DNA of 64,000 nt, taken from Planktothrix tepida (GTDB taxonomy: Bacteria > Cyanobacteriota > Cyanobacteriia > Cyanobacteriales > Microcoleaceae). How positions within the stretch are numbered: position 1 is the stretch's first letter; each line of letters starts with the position of its first letter. The stretch lies in NCBI RefSeq assembly GCF_904830955.1, contig NZ_LR882970.1; one strand, written 5' to 3'. Shown one piece after another: positions 58,195 through 64,000 of this stretch. Position numbers and translations under genes: made by a program. The notes below the pieces were generated by a model, which saw nothing but the letters and a program-made list of their open reading frames with translations, searched no databases and had not been told where the DNA came from.

Positions 58195-59991
58195 ATGGTA
58201 GGTTATAAAAGACGTTTTGATGCTCACAACTTGAAACAAAAACAACCTTCTAGCTATCAGGAATTAATTCCTTATATTCGCACCCAAGGACAAACCATTG
58301 CTAAAGCATTAGTTTGTACCCTTGCCTTTACCGTATTCTGGCCGTTATTAGCGTGGTTAGCGGGGCAAATGGCGGGGTATATTGGGGCTGGAAATGTCTC
58401 CGCCATTTCTCAATTAGCCGGAGTGGCGGCGGTGGTTTTTCTAGTGCGGGGAACGGTACAATATGGTCAAGATACCTTGATGGCAAAAGCTGCCTTAACG
58501 ATTTCTTTGGAATTAAGAAAACAAGTTTATCGTCATTTACAACGGCTGAATATTGGCTATTTTGAAACCGCTAAAACCGGGGATCTCGCCTATCGCCTCA
58601 CGGAAGATATTGACCGCATTGGCGAAGTAATTAATAAATTTTTCCATCAATTTGTTCCCTGTATTTTGCAGTTAATTGTAGTTTTGGGATATATGATTTA
58701 TCTCAACTGGCAATTAACCCTCGCTACGTTAATTATTGCCCCGTTTATGGCAGTATTAATTGGTTGGTTTGGCGAAAAATTATTAACCTTTACTCGCCAT
58801 AGCCAAAACCGAGTTTCTAATTTAGCAGCGTTATTAACAGAAGTGTTTGGAGGAATTCGGTTAGTCCAAGCGTTTGCGGCGGAAGAATATGAAATTAATC
58901 GCTTTAGTTTAGAAGCCGAACAAAATCGCAAAGCCAAATATTTAGCCGAACAAGTTAAGGCGTTACAATTTGTGGTGGTTGGCTTTTTAGAAGCCATGAG
59001 TGTAATTTTATTATTCTTTTTAGGAGGATGGCAAATCTCCCAAGGGAATTTAACGGGAAGTGGGTTTATTAGTTATATTGCGGCGGTGGCGTTATTAATA
59101 GATCCCATCTCTTTAACTACGAGTAATTATAGTGATTTTAAACAAGGTCAAGCTTCTTGCGATCGCATTTTTGAACTGTTAGCCGTGCAGCCAACGGTTC
59201 TTGAAAAACCTAATGCTTTTATTTTACCCCATGTGACCGGGAAAGTCGAATATTATAACGTTAATTTTACTTATCCTAAAACGGATTTTTCTCAAAGTCA
59301 AGATCACAATAAACCGGTTTTACAGAATCTCAATTTATGTGTTAAACCGGGGGAAATGGTGGCTTTAGTGGGGCCGTCGGGGGCTGGAAAAACAACATTA
59401 GTGAGTTTATTACCCCGATTTTATGATCGCCAGTCAGGAACTATTAAAATTGATGATATTGATATTCAAGATGTCACCTTAAAAAGTCTCCGGCGACAAA
59501 TTGGGATTGTTCCCCAAGATATTACCTTATTTTCAGGAACCATTGCTCAAAATATTGCCTTTGGTCAAGCTTATTATGAATTAAAAGATATCGAAGAAGC
59601 TGCAAAAATTGCCAATGCTGATTCGTTTATTATGCAGTTTCCGAATGGCTATCAAACGATTGTTGGAGAACGAGGAGTAAATTTATCCGGGGGACAACGA
59701 CAACGAATTGCCATTGCTAGGGCTGTTTTATTAAATCCCAGAATCTTAATTTTAGATGAAGCCACATCAGCCTTAGATTCAGAATCAGAAGCCTTAGTTC
59801 AAGAAGCTTTAGAACGATTAATGCAGAATCGAACCGTTTTTATTATTGCTCATCGTTTGGCAACGGTTAGACGTGCTACTCGAATTTTAGTCTTAGAACA
59901 AGGTCAAATTGTGGAATCAGGAACCCATCAAGAGCTATTAGAAAAAGGTGAACGTTATGCTTTATTTTATGCTCAACAATTTGATTCATAA
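58195..59991 (+). CDS. ABC exporter, fused permease and ATPase (MsbA-like)
   Basis: A six-TM N-terminal domain is present. Walker A GPSGAGKTT, the signature LSGGQRQR and Walker B ILILDEATSALD are present. 598 aa. Confidence 0.9.
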   Translation: MVGYKRRFDAHNLKQKQPSSYQELIPYIRTQGQTIAKALVCTLAFTVFWPLLAWLAGQMAGYIGAGNVSAISQLAGVAAVVFLVRGTVQYGQDTLMAKAALTISLELRKQVYRHLQRLNIGYFETAKTGDLAYRLTEDIDRIGEVINKFFHQFVPCILQLIVVLGYMIYLNWQLTLATLIIAPFMAVLIGWFGEKLLTFTRHSQNRVSNLAALLTEVFGGIRLVQAFAAEEYEINRFSLEAEQNRKAKYLAEQVKALQFVVVGFLEAMSVILLFFLGGWQISQGNLTGSGFISYIAAVALLIDPISLTTSNYSDFKQGQASCDRIFELLAVQPTVLEKPNAFILPHVTGKVEYYNVNFTYPKTDFSQSQDHNKPVLQNLNLCVKPGEMVALVGPSGAGKTTLVSLLPRFYDRQSGTIKIDDIDIQDVTLKSLRRQIGIVPQDITLFSGTIAQNIAFGQAYYELKDIEEAAKIANADSFIMQFPNGYQTIVGERGVNLSGGQRQRIAIARAVLLNPRILILDEATSALDSESEALVQEALERLMQNRTVFIIAHRLATVRRATRILVLEQGQIVESGTHQELLEKGERYALFYAQQFDS

Positions 59992-60354
59992 ACTAAACCT
60001 TTAAACTGCAATCCTTGAGATTAAAACAAGTTTTTAACCTCTTGTTAACCCCTAATCCCCTATTTTTATCTGTTTTGAGCAAAAATTCTATCTTGAGATA
60101 GAGGATAAATTACCAAATATTTTTCAATCTAGTGATATCCTTTCCAATCTTTCCGCCTAGGACAGTTAAATTTTCTGTCCTTTGTTATCTTATTAGGGAA
60201 ACCAGGGTTTTATCGATTAAGTTTCAGGAGTCAATCTTTAACAAAAAGTTTCAAGTTGTGGTTTTTTCAAAAGAGCCAGCTTTTAAACTGTCCATGTTGA
60301 GTTGTCAAACCTGTTGATCTCAGCTAACTTAAATTCAAGTCAATTATTTTAATT

Positions 60355-60555
60355 ATGCTGCAAGAACGCCCGATAATTTCCCCTTTATATCGCCAATCTC
60401 AACAAAGACGGCAGCGCCTTGAAAAAATAGAACAAATATTAATTGACATTCATCAACGCTTAAATACCATGACTGATGAGAACCGCAAGCTCATAGAAAC
60501 CCTAGAATTTAATTCTCGAATTGATTGGATTCAAAAAAAGTTAGGTCAATTATGA
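60355..60555 (+). CDS. Small hypothetical coiled-coil protein
   Basis: 66-aa ORF. Weak evidence only. Confidence 0.25.
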   Translation: MLQERPIISPLYRQSQQRRQRLEKIEQILIDIHQRLNTMTDENRKLIETLEFNSRIDWIQKKLGQL

Positions 60556-60607
60556 GTTCGTTAAAAATTTCTTCTGCTATAAGTGAAAGCTGTTCTAAAA
60601 TTGACCC

Positions 60608-61063
60608 ATGAGGACAGTCCTCATGCAACAGCAGATAGGGGTTAAAAAGCAGGAGGCCGAAATGGGATTAAACCCTTCGCCAGATGATTCAACGTTTAAT
60701 GCTCAAGTGCAAAAATTGCATCGACTCACCGTTTACACCCGATGGTTAGTCATTGGAATTTTGTGGATTACCGTAGCGCCTTTAAGTATGTGGGCGTTGC
60801 GCGGAGAAATTGCCCTTTGGCAAAACCATTTTACTTGGTCGGCGGTTCGTTATGGTTTAGCTTATAATCGTTTTGCCGCTTTGGGGTTGGGGTTGTGTAT
60901 AGGTCTGACAACAGCAACGTTAGTCTGGCATAGTCGCAACATTTTATTCGGGGTTTCTCCCGCCTATCAACACCGTTTAGAACAGCAAGTCTTTAAAATT
61001 CTGAAACAGGGGCCAACTCATCCCTTTTGGAAGTGGATTAGTTCAACCCAGGATGACCCCTAG
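60608..61063 (+). CDS. Hypothetical membrane protein (2-3 TM)
   Basis: 151 aa with hydrophobic segments WLVIGILWITVAPLSMWAL and ALGLGLCIGLTTATLVW. Confidence 0.4.
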   Translation: MRTVLMQQQIGVKKQEAEMGLNPSPDDSTFNAQVQKLHRLTVYTRWLVIGILWITVAPLSMWALRGEIALWQNHFTWSAVRYGLAYNRFAALGLGLCIGLTTATLVWHSRNILFGVSPAYQHRLEQQVFKILKQGPTHPFWKWISSTQDDP

Positions 61064-61089
61064 TTGCTACTCTCAAAATAGTTGATGTT

Positions 61090-61647
61090 TTATTCTCTAG
61101 CTCGAAGATTTTGAACTAACCAATTAAATTTAGCTTGAGCTAAAACTAAAAATTCTTTGGTCTGTTCACTAAATTCTTCAGGTTCTAGTACATCTATTTC
61201 ATATTCTGTCAGATCATCATAACCTAAACGTCGAATTGTGCCTCGCATCCGACTGGCTAAACATAGGGATAAACCATGATAAAATCGGGCAGCAAATTTA
61301 GAATCATGGTGAAGTTTGCTATTGAGATCAAAACGAGAAATAGCTAAAACTTGAGTGGTTTCTAAGGCTTTAACCGTTGCTAAAGGTGGGCGACTATCGA
61401 TAAAAGAAATTTCTCCAACGACTTCCCCTGTCGTAATTTGGGCTAATTCTCGATCTTCTTTCGATCCTATCACCACCGTTAACAATCCACTCAATACAAA
61501 ATAAAGGGCATTAATGGGGCGTCCTTCATAAATTAACCGTTCGCCTGGGGGCAGTTTTTCTATTTTTGCTTTATTGATAATCCAGCTTAGATCATCATCG
61601 CTGAGTCCGCCTAAAAGAAAAAGTGCTTTTTCTGTTTTGTGAGTCAT
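61090..61647 (-). CDS. Cyclic-nucleotide-binding domain protein (cNMP-binding only, no HTH)
   Basis: The GEVVGEISFIDSRPPLATVKA phosphate-binding-cassette-like motif is present. 185 aa. Confidence 0.7.
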   Translation of the reverse strand: MTHKTEKALFLLGGLSDDDLSWIINKAKIEKLPPGERLIYEGRPINALYFVLSGLLTVVIGSKEDRELAQITTGEVVGEISFIDSRPPLATVKALETTQVLAISRFDLNSKLHHDSKFAARFYHGLSLCLASRMRGTIRRLGYDDLTEYEIDVLEPEEFSEQTKEFLVLAQAKFNWLVQNLRARE

Positions 61648-61771
61648 CTTTTAATCATCATCCTAGGAGTAATTAAGAAAAAAATGTTGAATTTAACCTT
61701 GAGGATATAATTTTATCCGATTGCAAAAAATAGGAAAATAATAAACTCTAAAAAAACGGATAAATAAAATG

Positions 61772-62377
61772 TTATGAATGAGAGTTTATACGGTTCACAA
61801 ATTCCATGAGATGTTCATGAAACTTAGGAGTTGCTTTCATGTAACAAGCATGACCGGCTTGTTCTAAAATTACAATTTGTACATTGGGCATGAATTGTTG
61901 AAGTAACTTTGCGTGATCCAATGGAACAATTCTATCATTACTTCCCCAGATGGCTAAGGTTGGCAGTGAAATTCTTTGCAAATGTTCTACCATCTGAGGG
62001 ATACCCACGGGAGCAACAGCGACAAATCCTCCTAAGCGGTCTGAATGTTGAGCGATAAAGGGTAAGCTATAATTCCCACTCATCGAAGGAGAGACTAACA
62101 CGCACCCTGATAAGTTCAGATGATCAATGAGCTCTAATAAAAGCTCAACTCGATTTCCGCTAAAGGATTGAGATTTGCCATATCCAGGGAGATCCACAGC
62201 AATAGCATGATATTGGTTTTGACCCATCAATTCTAGGGTTCCAATCTCTTGCCAAGTCTTCGCTTTAAAGCTGGCTCCATGAAGGAATAAAACCGATGGA
62301 TTTTGAGAGTTTCCTACTTCTAAGAAATGAATTTTTGCTTCTTTAATTTGGATAAAATTTGATAAAACTTTAGTCAT
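61772..62377 (-). CDS. Alpha/beta-hydrolase fold protein
   Basis: The HGASF oxyanion region, the nucleophile elbow VSPSMSG (GxSxG-like) and a C-terminal His (AGHACY) are present. 201 aa. Confidence 0.75.
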   Translation of the reverse strand: MTKVLSNFIQIKEAKIHFLEVGNSQNPSVLFLHGASFKAKTWQEIGTLELMGQNQYHAIAVDLPGYGKSQSFSGNRVELLLELIDHLNLSGCVLVSPSMSGNYSLPFIAQHSDRLGGFVAVAPVGIPQMVEHLQRISLPTLAIWGSNDRIVPLDHAKLLQQFMPNVQIVILEQAGHACYMKATPKFHEHLMEFVNRINSHS

Positions 62378-62522
62378 TTTTTATCACAAATAGTTTGAAT
62401 TTGGTTTAACTTGAAATTCAGTAGCTCTTCTATTATAATCAGAAAATGCAACTCAGCCTAAATTTTAATAAAATTGTTAAAAATGAGTTGTTTTTCCTTC
62501 TTGCTGTCTTAACTCACGACCC

Positions 62523-64000
62523 ATGAAAATCGGTGATTCCTCAGAGCAATCCTCAACCTCTAATCCCCTAGAGGGTAAACCCTTGCCCCCCATTCCTCTA
62601 TTTACCATGTTTCGGTTAGGTTTGTATCAAATGGGGTTAGGAATTATGTCTTTACTAACCCTGGGTGTGATTAACCGAATTATGATTGATGAGTTAAAAG
62701 TTCCGGCGTTAATTGCAGCAGGGGCGATCGCAATGCACCAATTTGTTGCTCCTGCTAGGGTGTGGTTTGGTCAGATGTCCGATACCAAACCGTTATGGGG
62801 ATATCATCGCAGTAGCTATGTATGGATTGGGTTAATTTTATTTACCAGTGCTTCATTTTTAGCGATACAAGTGGTTTGGCAATTAGGGGCTAGTATTCAA
62901 GCCAATGGATTTAATGGAATCGCTTATTTATGGGCTGGTTTATTAGCGTTTATTTTTGCCGGATATGGTTTAGCATTAAGTGCGAGTTCCACTCCCTTTA
63001 CTGCCCTTTTATTTGATGTTTCCGATGAAGATAATCGCTCTAAATTAATTAGTATTGTTTGGTCAATGTTAATGGTGGGAATTGTCATTGGAGCCATTAT
63101 CAGTTCTAAAATTCTTCATCGTCCTGAACTGTGTGGGGCTGCGATTTTGACCGAGAACCCCATAGCAACAACCACAAATTTACCTGAATTACAAGCCTCT
63201 GTTACTCCGTTATTTATCATTGTACCGTTAATGGTGATCGGATTATCCGTGATTGCAACCATCGGTATTGAACGTCGGTTTTCTCGTTACCAATTTCGCT
63301 CTACTGTTGTGGAACGTGAAGATCAAATTACTTTAAATCGCGCCCTCAAAATTTTAACCGCTAGTCCCCAAACGGGATTATTTTTTACCTTTTTGTTGGT
63401 GATGACGATTAGCTTATTTATGCAGGATGCGGTTTTAGAGCCCTATGGGGGTGAAGTTTTTGGAATGTGTGTGTCTGAAACTACAAAATTAAATGCGTTT
63501 TTTGGAACAGGAACCTTAATAGGCATTGCTTCAACGGGATTTTTAATGGTTCCTCGTCTCGGTAAAAAAAATACAGTTAAAATTGGTTGTGTCGGAGTTT
63601 CAATTTGTTTAATATTCTTCATTATAGCAGGGTTTACCGCTAACCCTGTCTTTTTAAAAGGGTCATTATTAGGCTTTGGTTTATGTTCAGGAATTCTAAC
63701 GGCGGGAGCGATTAATTTAATGTTAGATTTAACCTTAGCTGAAACAGCCGGAACTTTTATTGGAGCTTGGGGTTTAGCTCAAGCAATGGCGCGAGGATTA
63801 GCAACGGTTTTAGGGGGTGCGGTTTTAGATTTAGGACGGGCGATCTTTCAGGTTCCTGTTTTAGCTTATGGAACGGTTTTTACAGTTCAAGCCATCGGAA
63901 TGATGCTGGCAATTATCTTATTAAATCGGGTAAATGTGCGAGAATTTAGCGAAAATACAAAACGAGCGATCGCTAATGTATTAGAACAGGAATTAGATTA
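62523..64000 (+). CDS. BCD/PucC-family MFS transporter (partial; continues past the window end)
   Basis: ATG at 62523 with no stop in this frame to 63998. It has many TM helices. The N-terminal FRLGLYQMGLGIMSLLTLGVINRIM is typical of BCD/PucC-family transporters. Confidence 0.6.
   Translation, partial: MKIGDSSEQSSTSNPLEGKPLPPIPLFTMFRLGLYQMGLGIMSLLTLGVINRIMIDELKVPALIAAGAIAMHQFVAPARVWFGQMSDTKPLWGYHRSSYVWIGLILFTSASFLAIQVVWQLGASIQANGFNGIAYLWAGLLAFIFAGYGLALSASSTPFTALLFDVSDEDNRSKLISIVWSMLMVGIVIGAIISSKILHRPELCGAAILTENPIATTTNLPELQASVTPLFIIVPLMVIGLSVIATIGIERRFSRYQFRSTVVEREDQITLNRALKILTASPQTGLFFTFLLVMTISLFMQDAVLEPYGGEVFGMCVSETTKLNAFFGTGTLIGIASTGFLMVPRLGKKNTVKIGCVGVSICLIFFIIAGFTANPVFLKGSLLGFGLCSGILTAGAINLMLDLTLAETAGTFIGAWGLAQAMARGLATVLGGAVLDLGRAIFQVPVLAYGTVFTVQAIGMMLAIILLNRVNVREFSENTKRAIANVLEQELD

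Noticed and set aside
63767-63949. 60-aa plus-strand ORF near the window end
   Set aside because: It lies in a different frame inside the open-ended BCD/PucC transporter ORF (62523 onward), which has consistent TM-helix coding character.

Overview
This 64-kb window is a chromosomal segment from a cyanobacterium. HIP1 octamers (GCGATCGC) are abundant. STRR-type heptamer tandem repeats, including the reverse complement of STRR3 CAACAGT, point to a heterocyst-forming (Nostocales-like) lineage. Unusual G- or C-strand 8-bp microsatellites are also present.

Most of the window is housekeeping. The recognisable genes are NTRC, upp, cobQ, murA, ald, lipA, polA, a tRNA-Leu(CAA), a low-oxygen-type tetrapyrrole cluster (acsF / heme oxygenase / hemN / hemJ), hopanoid-associated hpnH/hpnA, and several transporters and regulators.

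Three regions stand out.
- 49.4-55.1 kb: a tightly packed minus-strand cassette. It encodes a 1150-aa Ser/Thr kinase fused to a Upf1/DNA2-like SF1 helicase, a MazE-like/MazF toxin-antitoxin pair, and a single-HKD PLD nuclease. From memory this resembles a type I Mokosh anti-phage system with a toxin-antitoxin module inserted between its two genes.
- 17.2-23.3 kb: a four-gene translationally coupled operon. Its centre is a caspase-like CHAT protease fused to a membrane CHASE2 sensor, flanked by DUF1822-like and secreted DUF928-like proteins.
- 24.9-30.3 kb: a cluster of three G4-prone octamer microsatellites, each sitting at a gene 3' end.

I saw no CRISPR arrays, transposases or rRNA genes.
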